A stretch of DNA of 64,000 bases. It comes from an uncultured Poribacteria bacterium. GTDB taxonomy: Bacteria; Poribacteria; WGA-4E; WGA-3G. Both the position numbers and the translations under genes were made by a program. Of the stretch, positions 1 through 10,600 are shown piece by piece. The stretch is from contig CATQHZ020000001.1 of assembly GCA_958296135.2 (NCBI GenBank), positions 4,064,001 to 4,128,000 of the forward strand, written 5' to 3'. The stretch's first letter is position 1; each line of letters opens with the position of its first letter. The notes beneath the pieces are model-generated. The model saw nothing but the letters and a program-made list of their open reading frames with translations, was not told the origin of the DNA and ran no database searches.

Positions 1-2
1 AA

Positions 3-437
3 GGGCAGCATCAAGATGCCGGTGCCAAAGTTTACCATTGCGCACCGCACACTACCTCGCAGATTACCTCGAAGTCCATCAGCAAAGATGGCGGACGTTC
101 CAGCTATCGCGGGTGGGTAGATGTTGCGAAAGGCGCGAAGGGATGCAAATCGCACGTCGTCTGTGACGCGCTCATCCTTGACAAGGACTCGCGCTCCGAT
201 ACGTATCCCGTCATCGAAATTGGCGAGAACGATACGAACATCGAGCACGAAGCGCGCGTCAGCAAAATCGGTGAGGAGCAACTCTTCTACCTTATGAGCC
301 GCGGGCTCTCAGAGGAAGAAGCATCAACGATGATTGTCAACGGGTTCATTGAGCCCCTTGTCAAAGAGCTCCCGATGGAATACGCTGTCGAGATGAACCG
401 CCTCATCCAACTCCAGATGGAAGGCTCCGTCGGTTAG
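3..437 (+). CDS. sufB: Fe-S cluster assembly protein SufB, C-terminal part (cut by window edge)
   Basis: Frame from nt 3 reads GQHQDAGAK...[15 protein letters not shown]...[35 protein letters not shown]...EGSVG*, the typical SufB C-terminus; directly upstream of sufD. Confidence 0.95.
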   Translation, partial: GQHQDAGAKVYHCAPHTTSQITSKSISKDGGRSSYRGWVDVAKGAKGCKSHVVCDALILDKDSRSDTYPVIEIGENDTNIEHEARVSKIGEEQLFYLMSRGLSEEEASTMIVNGFIEPLVKELPMEYAVEMNRLIQLQMEGSVG

Positions 438-446
438 GAAGGTGTC

Positions 447-1802
447 ATGCAAACAGGAGAATTTTCAAAAGCGTTTGTTCAGAAACTCGCCGAGGACGAA
501 CCCCGCTGGATGCGCGACAAAAGGCTAGAGGCCTACGCGCGCTACGAGTCGCTGCTCATGCCGCACACCGCCGAAGATGATGTGTGGCGGCGCACCGTAG
601 ATATGCGCACTCAGGACTATTGGCGGCGCACCCGGCGGCACCTCCGCGGGTTCGCCGTTGATACTTATCATCCAAGTATCCCATCGGTAAGCGCACGCGC
701 CAATCGCGCCCATGAGGATGACGAAACCGCCGGCACCCTCGTGCAAGTAGATGGACAAACGCAACAGCACACAGTCTCAGCAGAATTGGCAAAACAAGGT
801 GTCTACTTCGCAGACATCAGCACGGCGTTGAAGGAACGCGAGGAACTGCTCCGCGCCTACTTCATGAACAAGGCGGTTACGCTTGAAACGAAGTTAAAAA
901 GCGGTAATATCGCGCTTCATAACAAATTTGACGCACTCCACGGCGCATTCTGGCACGGCGGATACGTGCTGCATGTCCCAAAAGGGGTACACGTTGAAAT
1001 CCCACTGCGCGTCAGCATCGCTCTGTCGGCAGCGAACCGGGCAGATTTATCGCACGCACTCATCATCGCAGAAGCAAGCAGTCAGGTTGTCCTCTCGGAG
1101 GAAAACTTCTCAACCGATGCAACGGCGAGTGGCATGCACAGCGGCGCAGTGGAAATTTTTGCCGGACAGAATGCCTCTGTCACCTACGTGCAAGCACAAC
1201 GGTGGAATCACCACGTCTGGAATTTTGCATCACATCGCGCCATCGCTGAACGCGATGCGCAACTCTGCTGGGTTACCGCAACGTTCGGCGGACGTTTAAA
1301 CAAACTAAACCAGGTCTCCGTGCTCGAAGGACCCGGCTGTGACGTGAAAATGCTCGGACTCTCTTTTACAGACCGGCGGCAGCACTTAGATGTCAGCACG
1401 GCGCAAGAGCATGTCGCACCGCATACGTCCAGCGATCTGCTCTACCGAACCGTCATGAAAGACCGGGCGCAAACAGCGTGGGGCGGCAACATTTACGTCT
1501 ATCCGGAGGCAAACTACACGGACGCGTACCAGAAAAACGACAACCTCGTTCTCAGCGAACGCGCACATGCAGATACGTTGCCAGGGTTAGAGATTCAGGC
1601 ACACGAGGTGCGCTGCACACACGGCGCAACCGCCGGGAAAATAGATCCGGAGCAAGTCTTTTACCTGATGAGCCGCGGCGTGCCTTACCCACAGGCGGAA
1701 AAACTGATTGTCGATGGGTTCTTTGAACCCGTCCTAGCACGGATTCCCCTGGAACCCGTCCGGGAAGAACTGAGCGCATCCATTAACCGAAAGTTAGGTT
1801 AA
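447..1802 (+). CDS. sufD: Fe-S cluster assembly protein SufD
   Basis: SufBD beta-helix motifs (AYQKNDNLVLS, PGLEI..HEVRCTHGAT, FYLMSRG); follows sufB. Confidence 0.93.
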   Translation: MQTGEFSKAFVQKLAEDEPRWMRDKRLEAYARYESLLMPHTAEDDVWRRTVDMRTQDYWRRTRRHLRGFAVDTYHPSIPSVSARANRAHEDDETAGTLVQVDGQTQQHTVSAELAKQGVYFADISTALKEREELLRAYFMNKAVTLETKLKSGNIALHNKFDALHGAFWHGGYVLHVPKGVHVEIPLRVSIALSAANRADLSHALIIAEASSQVVLSEENFSTDATASGMHSGAVEIFAGQNASVTYVQAQRWNHHVWNFASHRAIAERDAQLCWVTATFGGRLNKLNQVSVLEGPGCDVKMLGLSFTDRRQHLDVSTAQEHVAPHTSSDLLYRTVMKDRAQTAWGGNIYVYPEANYTDAYQKNDNLVLSERAHADTLPGLEIQAHEVRCTHGATAGKIDPEQVFYLMSRGVPYPQAEKLIVDGFFEPVLARIPLEPVREELSASINRKLG

Positions 1803-1824
1803 TCTAGACGAACCTATATCAAAA

Positions 1825-1880
1825 GGCGAGGGACAGTAGGAGAGACCTCCCGGTCTCGACACCTGCCCCCTCGTCCTACG
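1825..1880. repeat. Nested REP-like palindromes
   Basis: GGCGAGGGACA[GTAGGAGAGACCTCCCGGTCTCGA]..CTGCCCCCTCGTCCTACG; both component motifs recur elsewhere in the window. Confidence 0.7.
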
Positions 1881-1977
1881 CAAAATATAACGGCGAGGGA
1901 TAGGTTTCCCCCGCCCAACGGATAAGTAGCGCGCTTTCTAAGCGCACCACACAATCTCTATAGAGGAGAAACTCACA

Positions 1978-2319
1978 ATGAGTCAACCTAAAATCATTGC
2001 TTACATGAAACCAGTCTGTGGCTGGAGCAACGGCGTCCGCGCCATCTTCGCCAAATATGGACTGGCATACGAAGACCGGGATATTATCAACAACGCGGAC
2101 AACTACCGGGAAATGGTTCAGAAGACGCGGCAACCGTATCAGCCGTGTGTCCAAATCGACGATGTCGTACTCGCCGATGTCAGCGGAGACGAAGTTGAGC
2201 AATACCTCGTCGACGAGGGGATTGTCATGTCTAGCGCCACGGCGACAGATGTCCCCACCGACCAGGCCTGCGAAGACCACGGCCCCGCCGCTGTCAACAT
2301 CGGTTTTGCAGGACGGTAG
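1978..2319 (+). CDS. Monothiol glutaredoxin-like protein
   Basis: KPVCGWS active-site-like motif, cis-Pro region YQPCV; GAGGAG RBS; inside suf cluster. Confidence 0.8.
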   Translation: MSQPKIIAYMKPVCGWSNGVRAIFAKYGLAYEDRDIINNADNYREMVQKTRQPYQPCVQIDDVVLADVSGDEVEQYLVDEGIVMSSATATDVPTDQACEDHGPAAVNIGFAGR

Positions 2320-2380
2320 CGCGGTTCACAGCCCCCTTTCATAAGGACGGAGGGCGTTCATATTCGGCCTCATGGCCGCC

Positions 2381-2409
2381 GGTAGGCGCGATTTGAAATC
2401 GCGCCTACC
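2381..2409. repeat. GTAG-type REP-like palindrome (family C)
   Basis: GGTAGGCGCGATTTGAAATCGCGCCTACC near-perfect inverted repeat; related copies near 31856, 45366, 46215, 48276, 59938. Confidence 0.85.
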
Positions 2410-2430
2410 GGGCCCGTTTGAGGATAAAAA

Positions 2431-3681
2431 ATGCACACTGCCAATTTTCACCCTCTTGACGTGGAAGCTATCCGCCAAGATTTTCCGATCTTCGCGGGGG
2501 AACAGCCGCTCGCGTTCCTGGATAGTGCGGCATCCGCTCAGACACCGCAACCGGTTGTCGCAGCGATGGACACGTATTACGATACCTATCGTTCCAACAT
2601 CCATCGCGGTGTCTATCGCATCTCCGAGGAGGCAACAGCGCAATATGAGCGGGCCCGTGAGAAGGTTGCAAAGTTAATCAACGCACCGAACGCACGTCAG
2701 ATTGTCTTCACGCGAAACACAACGGAGGCCATCAATCTCGTCGCATACAGCTGGGGAAGCGCAACTATCGGGAAAGACGATGAAATCGTCCTCACCGTGA
2801 TGGAGCACCACAGCAACCTCGTCCCATGGCAGATCCTCGCGCAGCGCACCGGAGCAACGCTCCGCTTCGTTGAGATAACCGATGAAGGCTTGCTCAACTT
2901 TGCGCACCTCCGTGAACTGCTGACTGAAAAAACCAAACTCGTAGCAGTAACGCACGTCTCCAATGTACTCGGCACAGTCAATCCACTCCAGTCGATTATC
3001 GATGCCGCGCACGCCGTCGGCGCAAAGGTAGTCGTGGATGCCGCGCAATCGGTGCCACATTTTCGGGTGGACGTGCAACAACTCAATTGCGATTTTCTCG
3101 CCTTCTCCGGACATAAAATGTGCGGACCCACCGGCATCGGCGTGCTCTACGGAAAATTGCCGTTGTTGGAAGAGATGCCACCGTTCCTCGGAGGCGGCTC
3201 CATGATTCGCACCGTGGAACGCGACGTCTCCACTTATGCCGATGTTCCCGCGAAGTTTGAAGCAGGTACGCCTAGCATCGCCGAGGCAATCGGGCTCGGG
3301 CACGCCGCGGATTACATCACACAAGCAGGGTTAGAGGCAATCCACGTGCACACACAACAACTCCTGCAACACGCGCATCATCGCCTCAAGGAGACTCAAG
3401 GCATTACCCTCTACGGCCCCGAACCGCATCAGAAAGCCGGGGTACTCTCATTCAACGTAGCTGGTATCCATCCGCACGACATCGCCGGCATTTTGGATAT
3501 GCACGGCATCGCAATCCGCGCAGGACATCACTGCGCGCAACCGCTCATGCAGAAATTGGATGTCATCGCCACAGCGCGCGCCAGCTTTTACCTCTACAAC
3601 ACGCTGGAAGATGTAGAACGTTTATACGACGGCCTGCGCAAAGCACAGAAACTGATGCACAGGAGAAGTCACAGCCGGTAA
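2431..3681 (+). CDS. sufS: Cysteine desulfurase SufS
   Basis: LDSAASAQ, MEHHSN, FSGHKMCGPTG (PLP lysine), RAGHHCAQP (catalytic Cys). Confidence 0.97.
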   Translation: MHTANFHPLDVEAIRQDFPIFAGEQPLAFLDSAASAQTPQPVVAAMDTYYDTYRSNIHRGVYRISEEATAQYERAREKVAKLINAPNARQIVFTRNTTEAINLVAYSWGSATIGKDDEIVLTVMEHHSNLVPWQILAQRTGATLRFVEITDEGLLNFAHLRELLTEKTKLVAVTHVSNVLGTVNPLQSIIDAAHAVGAKVVVDAAQSVPHFRVDVQQLNCDFLAFSGHKMCGPTGIGVLYGKLPLLEEMPPFLGGGSMIRTVERDVSTYADVPAKFEAGTPSIAEAIGLGHAADYITQAGLEAIHVHTQQLLQHAHHRLKETQGITLYGPEPHQKAGVLSFNVAGIHPHDIAGILDMHGIAIRAGHHCAQPLMQKLDVIATARASFYLYNTLEDVERLYDGLRKAQKLMHRRSHSR

Positions 3682-3788
3682 GAACGACTGCCGCATCGCA
3701 ACAAGGAAATGCAAGGCACAAAACCCTCGTCCCCTACGGCAGGAAGTCGCGCACGGTTAAATGATTTGATCACCCCTCGGAGAAACCG

Positions 3789-4181
3789 ATGAACATCTAT
3801 CAGGAAGAACTACTAGATCACTACGAAAACCCGAGTAACTACGGCACACTGCCAAATCCGGATATCTCTCACGAAGAAGACAATCCGTTGTGTGGCGACA
3901 GAATTCGGCTCGATCTGGTTGTTGAAGACGACACTATCAAGGAGGTGCGGTTCTCTGGGCACGGATGCACCATCAGTCAAGCCGCCGCCTCGATGTTGAC
4001 AGAAGAGATTGAGGGGAAAACCCTCGCCGAAGTCAAACAATTCTCGCGAGATGACATCTTGGACATGATTGGCATTCCGTTAGGACCGGTTCGCCTAAAG
4101 TGTGCATTGTTGCCCCTCAAAGTCCTGAAAGCCGGCGCATATGGCATCACAGGATGGCCAGGCGAAGAGGATTTTTCCTAG
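3789..4181 (+). CDS. sufU: SUF system NifU-type protein SufU
   Basis: NPLCGD, GCTISQAAAS, RLKCALL motifs. Confidence 0.93.
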   Translation: MNIYQEELLDHYENPSNYGTLPNPDISHEEDNPLCGDRIRLDLVVEDDTIKEVRFSGHGCTISQAAASMLTEEIEGKTLAEVKQFSRDDILDMIGIPLGPVRLKCALLPLKVLKAGAYGITGWPGEEDFS

Positions 4182-4309
4182 CACCGAAAAGCGTTTCATT
4201 ACAATGATTCGCGCAACGACGTTTGTCCGCGTAACCCGTCATTACAGGCGGCAGTTGAACTGACGAAACAACTCGCCTGTCTTGTGATGACAACGTTTTT
4301 AGGAAAACT

Positions 4310-4621
4310 ATGCCAGAATTTTACAAAGTTGCCAAAGTGAATGAAGTGCCACCGGGCACCAAAAAAATAGTCGAAGTGGATTTCGTCCCAGTGCTACTTT
4401 TCAACGTCAAGGGCGAATTTTACGCGATAGAAGACGTTTGCACGCACGATGGCGGGCCCCTCGGCGAAGGATGGTTCAACGGCGACGAAATCGAGTGCCC
4501 ACGCCACGGCGCACGGTTCTGCGTCAAAACCGGCGAACCCCTCTGCATGCCCGCCGTCGAGGCAGTGGAATGCTATCCAATCAAAGTTGAGGACGATGAT
4601 ATCCTCATCAGCGTGGATTAA
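4310..4621 (+). CDS. Rieske [2Fe-2S] ferredoxin
   Basis: CTHDGGPL...ECPRHGARF Rieske ligands. Confidence 0.93.
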   Translation: MPEFYKVAKVNEVPPGTKKIVEVDFVPVLLFNVKGEFYAIEDVCTHDGGPLGEGWFNGDEIECPRHGARFCVKTGEPLCMPAVEAVECYPIKVEDDDILISVD

Positions 4622-4726
4622 CACCCCAACTTACCTGGAGGACGAGGACTTGTCCCTCGCCGCGCATAGGCGTGGCGATGAACACCCTAACTTACTTACC
4701 CGGAGGACGAGGACTTGTCCCTCGCC
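4620..4726 (+). repeat. Tandem ~45-bp direct repeat carrying a degenerate REP-like unit
   Basis: AACACCC(C/T)AACTTAC...GGAGGACGAGGACTTGTCCCTCGCC at ~4620 and ~4681. Confidence 0.85.
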
Positions 4727-4747
4727 TTGCCATTAGGAGAAAATAAA

Positions 4748-5047
4748 ATGGTATCCGAAGAATCCGTATTCGAGGCAATCAAACAGATTATCGACCCGGA
4801 AATTGGCATCAACATCGTCGACATGGGGCTTATCTACGGCGTTGACATCAATGACACGACTGTCGATATTACGATGACCTTGACGAGCCCCGGCTGCCCC
4901 GCCGGCGGGCAAATTATCAACGGCACACAGCACGTCACGCAGCAAATGGACGACGTTGACGAAGTGAACGTGAATGTCGTCTGGACACCGCGCTGGAGCA
5001 TGGAAATGATGAGCGAGGACGCAAAGGACGAACTCGGCATCTTCTAG
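4748..5047 (+). CDS. SufT/PaaD-like (DUF59) metal-sulfur cluster biosynthesis protein
   Basis: DPEIGINIVDMGLIY, TLTSPGCP, VWTPRWS; AGGAG RBS before ATG 4748. Confidence 0.92.
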   Translation: MVSEESVFEAIKQIIDPEIGINIVDMGLIYGVDINDTTVDITMTLTSPGCPAGGQIINGTQHVTQQMDDVDEVNVNVVWTPRWSMEMMSEDAKDELGIF

Positions 5048-5163
5048 GTTTCTCGTCTCAGCACCAGGCGTTCGGACACGCCTCCTGTGCAATCACATTT
5101 CCATACCAGTTCCGCAGGCACCGTTGTTGCATGCCGCGTTCCTAGGACTCAGTTTTTTGGCCG

Positions 5164-5535
5164 ATGCAATCGAGTAAACAACCCAAAACCCTCAAAAAGC
5201 ACGACACCGCCTTCCAGATCGAGTGGAAGGACGCGCACGTCAGCCGGTATCCGTATCCTTACCTCCGGCAGATGTGCCCGTGCGCCGAATGCGCCATCAT
5301 CAGGCACAAGGGACAGGACATCCACTCCCTCTTCTCACCGCAAGGTGACGGCGATGTGACGCTGATTGAGGTGACACCGGATATTCAGCCGCTGGACATC
5401 CAACTCGTGGGCCGCTACGCGCTCCAATTCAGTTGGAACGATGGACATGGGTTCGGCATTTATCCGTTTGACGTGCTGCGCGAGATTTGTCCCTGTCCAG
5501 ACTGCGCACAACAAGCATCATCAAACTCATCGTAG
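5164..5535 (+). CDS. DUF971 / GBBH-like N-terminal domain protein
   Basis: W.D.H.S.Y...YLRQMCPCAEC ... VGRYAL.F.W.DGH..GIY. Confidence 0.85.
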   Translation: MQSSKQPKTLKKHDTAFQIEWKDAHVSRYPYPYLRQMCPCAECAIIRHKGQDIHSLFSPQGDGDVTLIEVTPDIQPLDIQLVGRYALQFSWNDGHGFGIYPFDVLREICPCPDCAQQASSNSS

Positions 5536-5579
5536 GGCGGGGGACAGGCCCCCGCCATGCCTAAGGAAAACCCCGATAC

Positions 5580-5912
5580 ATGCAAACACCACAGTTACCC
5601 GAAATTTCACCACGTGCCCTCAAACAGCAACTTGACGCAAACAAAACAGTGCTGTTACTGGATGTGCGCGAACCGCACGAATATGACATCGTGCACCTTG
5701 ACGGCGCACGCCTCATCCCCCTCAACGAACTGCCGCAAAATGTGGACAGCCTTGACCCGGGGCAGGACACCGTCGTCTACTGCCACCACGGCACGCGCAG
5801 CCTGTATGCAACCGCTTTTTTGCTACAGAACGGATTTGACAACGTTAAAAACCTAGATGGCGGCATCGACCGGTGGGCAGCTGAGATTGATTCAACCCTG
5901 AACAGATACTAA
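5580..5912 (+). CDS. Rhodanese-like sulfurtransferase
   Basis: LLDVREPHEY, YCHHGTRS, NLDGGIDRW. Confidence 0.92.
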   Translation: MQTPQLPEISPRALKQQLDANKTVLLLDVREPHEYDIVHLDGARLIPLNELPQNVDSLDPGQDTVVYCHHGTRSLYATAFLLQNGFDNVKNLDGGIDRWAAEIDSTLNRY

Positions 5913-6023
5913 AAATCGCAAGGGCGGATTGTAGGCGAGTCCTCCCAGTCTCGATTTCTCTCAATGCCGCGCCTTAGCATTGTAGGAACGGATGGCTATA
6001 TCCACTCCCTCCTGAGAGGTAAT

Positions 6024-6197
6024 ATGATTGTTGAATTTGAAAACCGCTCCGGCGAATTAGAGCAAGCGGACATGGAAATTGACGAACCGTGCCCCATCTG
6101 CTGCGGCATGCTCTTCCCCATCGTGGAGTCCCAGCCCGAAAGTGGGTATCGGTGCAGCAGCTGCGGGCTTGTCTTTGAACCTGTTGAAGAAGAGTAG
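6024..6197 (+). CDS. Small Zn-ribbon protein
   Basis: CPICCG...CSSCG; GAGG RBS before ATG 6024. Confidence 0.65.
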   Translation: MIVEFENRSGELEQADMEIDEPCPICCGMLFPIVESQPESGYRCSSCGLVFEPVEEE

Positions 6198-6237
6198 ACA
6201 GAACTCGCGCAGACCTTGGAAGCGCGCTACGGATAGG

Positions 6238-6468
6238 GTGGGCTTCCATGGCGCAACTACGGCAAGCCTTAAGACGAGGATAAGGCCTTGATTCACAAGT
6301 ATAACACATCTTCGTCTGAGCTGTAATCAGATCCGACTACAGATTTTTTGATGGCGCAGCAGATACCCGCTTCGGCGGGAGTTAGCCCAGGGGACGGCTT
6401 AAGTCCCCACCTAACAGATGGAGGAAGAAGCCCGCTGAGGTTCCCGCCACGTCTAAAGACTTGGGATT
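6238..6468. ncRNA. Candidate ~200-nt structured RNA/ssDNA element followed by an IS200/IS605-end-like hairpin
   Basis: Terminal stem GGGCTTC/GAAGCCC encloses several helices including a C(UUCG)G hairpin; no credible ORF. Confidence 0.4.
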
Positions 6469-6489
6469 CTCTTGCTTCTTTGTTGAACC

Positions 6490-7473
6490 ATGATAAAATG
6501 CGCACTTATCAGCGGCAGAGGCATGGGACTCATGCACGGTGGAAATTTCCACGCCCATCCCGACGCAGAAGTTGTCGCCGTTTGCGACATGGATGCCGAA
6601 CTCCTCGCAACAGCTGAGGAAAAATTTGGCGCGCCCGGGTACCCGACGATTCAGGAACTCCTAGCCAATTGTGACGCAGAACTCGTACTCATGATTGTCA
6701 ACGAAACCCGGCGCATACCACCCCTACGACAACTACTCGCCGCCGGACAGAACGTCTTCACCGAAAAACCGCTGTGCGGGTTAGAGGGACAATCTCGGCT
6801 ACGCGAGGCAGACCTCGGGATAGCAGCACCCGCCATCAAAGAATGGCGAACCTCCCAACTCAAATTCGGCATCGATTTCAACTACCGATTTATGCACCAC
6901 TTCCGCAAACTGCATGACGATGTAGCGGAAGGAAGATTGGGCGAAATCCGGACCGTCCGCGCCCGAGCCCATTTCAACTGCTGGTCCCACGTCATCGATC
7001 AGGTGCTTTGGACGATGGGACTGCCAGAATGGGTAAGCGTTATCGGCGACCCGAGCGAAGCCGGCGGCTGGCAGCGACTCATCCATATCGGATGGGCAAA
7101 CGGAGCCATCGGCTCGCTGGATGGCACAAACCTGTGGGGTTACGATGACCATCCGCTACGCGTCATGATCGTCGGCGATAAATCCTACGCCGAAGCGCGC
7201 GGACTTGATGGCTGGTACCGCCGCCGAGCATCGAACAGTTCCGAAGAGGAAGAACTCTGGGAAAGCGAGGAAGGCAAACCGGAGATGCCCGAATCTTTCC
7301 GCAGGATGGCTGACGGTGTCATCAAAGCGATGCATGCCGATACCGCATTCCCCGCAGACGGTGAAGCAGCGTGGAATGAGCTGCTGTTTGAGGCAGCGGT
7401 GCATCGCTCCGCCTTACAAAACGGTGCTCGGGTCTGCCTCGCAGACGTGGAAACCGCCGCAATGGCCCTATAA
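6490..7473 (+). CDS. Gfo/Idh/MocA family oxidoreductase
   Basis: N-terminal Rossmann fold, VFTEKP, FNYRF, GRLGEI. Confidence 0.88.
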   Translation: MIKCALISGRGMGLMHGGNFHAHPDAEVVAVCDMDAELLATAEEKFGAPGYPTIQELLANCDAELVLMIVNETRRIPPLRQLLAAGQNVFTEKPLCGLEGQSRLREADLGIAAPAIKEWRTSQLKFGIDFNYRFMHHFRKLHDDVAEGRLGEIRTVRARAHFNCWSHVIDQVLWTMGLPEWVSVIGDPSEAGGWQRLIHIGWANGAIGSLDGTNLWGYDDHPLRVMIVGDKSYAEARGLDGWYRRRASNSSEEEELWESEEGKPEMPESFRRMADGVIKAMHADTAFPADGEAAWNELLFEAAVHRSALQNGARVCLADVETAAMAL

Positions 7474-7615
7474 TACCAAACTCGCTCATTTGTAAGGGCG
7501 GACGCTATATCCGCCCGACACATTACCGCACCCCCAAGCGTCTCACCAGACGATTCAACTTCATTGGGTATAAAACCGTTGAGAGGTTAATGCCTATAGG
7601 AGGAAACGTTCCATC

Positions 7616-10600
7616 ATGAAAACACGTCACTTACGTTTAACGAGTCTCATGGCGTTCGCGCTGTTGCTGACACTCGCGATGCAAGTTACCGCCGCCGAAC
7701 GCCTCCACTTCGACCGGGATATTCGCCCAATTCTATCGGATAAATGCTACGCCTGCCACGGGCCAGACCCGGCGCAACGCCAAGCCGAACTCCGACTCGA
7801 CACCAAAGAAGGCGCATTCTCCGCGCCTAGCGGTTATCCCATCATCGTGCCGGGCGAACCTGAAAACAGCGAACTCGTCGCACGCATCACGCACGCAGAT
7901 GTAGAACAGCGGATGCCACCGCAGGCATCGAATCGCCAACCAACGCAAAAACAGATTGATACCCTCATCCGATGGATCGCCGAAGGAGCAGAATGGGAAG
8001 AACACTGGGTATACAATCTGTCAGAACGCGTCGAACCACCAACAGTTCAAAACAGCGACCGGGGCCGCAATCCTATCGACCGGTTCATCCTCGGCAGATT
8101 GGACGCAGAAGGGCTCAAACCCGCCGATGCAGCAGACAAACGCACGCTCATCCGCCGACTGAACTTTGACCTGACCGGGTTATTGCCAAAACCTGCTGAG
8201 GTAGAGCAGTTCTTAAGAGATGAACGCCCCAGTGCTTACGAGGAACTCGTCAACCGCCTCCTGTCTAAACCGCAATATGGCGAACGCATGGCGATTTATT
8301 GGCTCGATCTGGTGCGATACGCCGACACAAGCGGCTACCACTCCGACGAATCCGTCAGCGTCTGGCCCTATCGCGACTACGTCATTCGCGCTTTTAATGA
8401 CAACATGCCGTTTGACCAGTTCACGCTAGAAAACCTCGCCGGCGACCTGCTGCCCAACGCAACGCGCGAGCAAAAAGTCGCATCCGGATACAACCGACTC
8501 AACCAGACAACCGCTGAAGGCGGCGCACAAGCGAAGGAGTACCTCGCTATCTATGCCGCTGACCGGGTGCGCACCACCGCATCCGTCTGGCTCGGCGCAA
8601 CACTCGGATGCGCACAATGCCACGACCACAAATTCGACCCCTATACGGCGAAAGACTTTTACAGCTTCGCAGCCTTCTTCGCTGACATCGAAGGACCCGG
8701 CGTATACGGCGGTGGCAGCAAATGGGCACCCGTTGTAATGCTCCCTACCGCCGAGCAGCAAACAGCATTGCAGGAAATTGACGACGAACTGACGAAATTG
8801 CGAGAAGTTTTTAACGCATCATCACCTGCCCTAGAAGCCGAACAGGCACGGTGGGAAGCAGAGATTCTCTCCCTGCTCCCTTCAACAGAACCCGCCGATT
8901 TCGCATGGGTAGATGACGCGCAGCACAACGGCGGCAGAACCGATGGTGTGTGGGAATTCGTCGGCAAAAATGAGGCACCCGTTTTCAGCAAACTGCGTTC
9001 GCGCCGACAGACAGCGAAACCAGAACAGACAATTCAGCACAGTTTCAGAGGGGCCAACCGGAAGTTTACACTGGACGAAGAAGACCGGCTCTTCGCCTAC
9101 GTCTGGCTCGACCCGGGTGCACCGCCAGAAACCCTCATGCTCCAATGGAACGACGGAAATTGGGAACACCGCGCCTTCTGGGGTGAAGATAAAATTAAAT
9201 TTGGGGGACTCGGCAAGGATACACCTGCGCACAAACCGATGGGGCCCTTGCCTGAAACCGGCGAATGGGTGCGGCTCGAAGTCACGCCGGCCGATGTGGG
9301 ATTGGAGCCGGGGAGCGTCCTCAACGGAATGGCGTTCGTCCAGCACGGCGGCACAGCCTATTGGGATGTCGCAGGCATTGCAACTACGCGCGGCTCGGAA
9401 GTGAAACACACCCACACCGAACCGGTCATCAAAGCAATTCAGGTGGACACCTTCGTCAGAACAACCAGCCAGAAAAAACAGATCGCCGCTGAGTATCGCC
9501 GCATCGCACCCGCACTTGACGGAATCCGCAATCAGATCGCAGCATTAGCGCAGCAGAAAACCGATATTGAAGCGGAGATGCCCTATTCACTGACAACCGC
9601 CTCGGGGCAACCCCGCACTACCCGTGTGTTGCCGAGAGGAAATTGGATGGACGATTCCGGTGCAATAGTCGAACCCGCAATACCCGAATTCCTCGGAGAC
9701 CTCGGCATCAAAAACCGCCGTTCCACCCGGCTCGAACTCGCACAGTGGGTGGTGTCAAAGGACAATCCGCTGACAGCACGCGCTTTTGTGAATCGCCTCT
9801 GGGCACTCTTCTTCGGAACAGGGCTATCTCGCGTCCTCGATGACCTGGGTGCGCAAGGAGAACCGCCCGTGCATCCAGAATTGCTCGACTGGCTCGCGCT
9901 GGAATTCATGGACAGCGGATGGAATGTCAAGCATATCGTGAAACTCATCGTCACCTCGAATACCTATCGGCAGTCTTCAAAACCGACGGAGGTGTTGCGC
10001 GAACGGGATGCTTACAATCGCCTGCTGGCCCGACAGTCACGGTGGCGGCTTGATGCCGAAGTTGTCCGAGACACTGCCTTGCAGCTGAGCGGCCTGCTTA
10101 TCCCCGACATCGGCGGACCGAGTGTGAGACCGTATCAGCCGAAGGGGTATTACGCGAACCTCAACTTTCCAAAGCGGACGTATGTCCACGACACCGGGGA
10201 ACGTCAGTACCGTCGCGGGCTGTATACGCACTGGCAACGCACCTTCTTGCATCCGAGCCTGATGGCGTTCGATGCACCAAGTCGACAGGAATGCACAGCG
10301 GAACGCGCCACTTCCAACACGCCGATGCAGGCGTTGACGCTCCTCAACGATCCGACTTACGTGGAGGCAGCGCGTGTGTTTGCATCCCGCATCCTCAACG
10401 AAGGTGGAGAAACGCCGACAGAACGCATCAACTGGGCATACCAATGGGCATTGTCTCGTCCCCCGCAACCGAAAGAATTGGAAATCATGACAGCGGTTTA
10501 TGAAAAACACCGCGGCGAATTCACCGCCGATAGTGACGCTGCCGAAGCGTTAGTCGCAACCGGCGACGCGCCCGCAATAGACGGAGTTGAAATCAATGAA

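Noticed and set aside
4620-4726. Mini-CRISPR or attachment site
   Set aside because: Two copies of a REP-derived unit; no integrase or element boundary nearby
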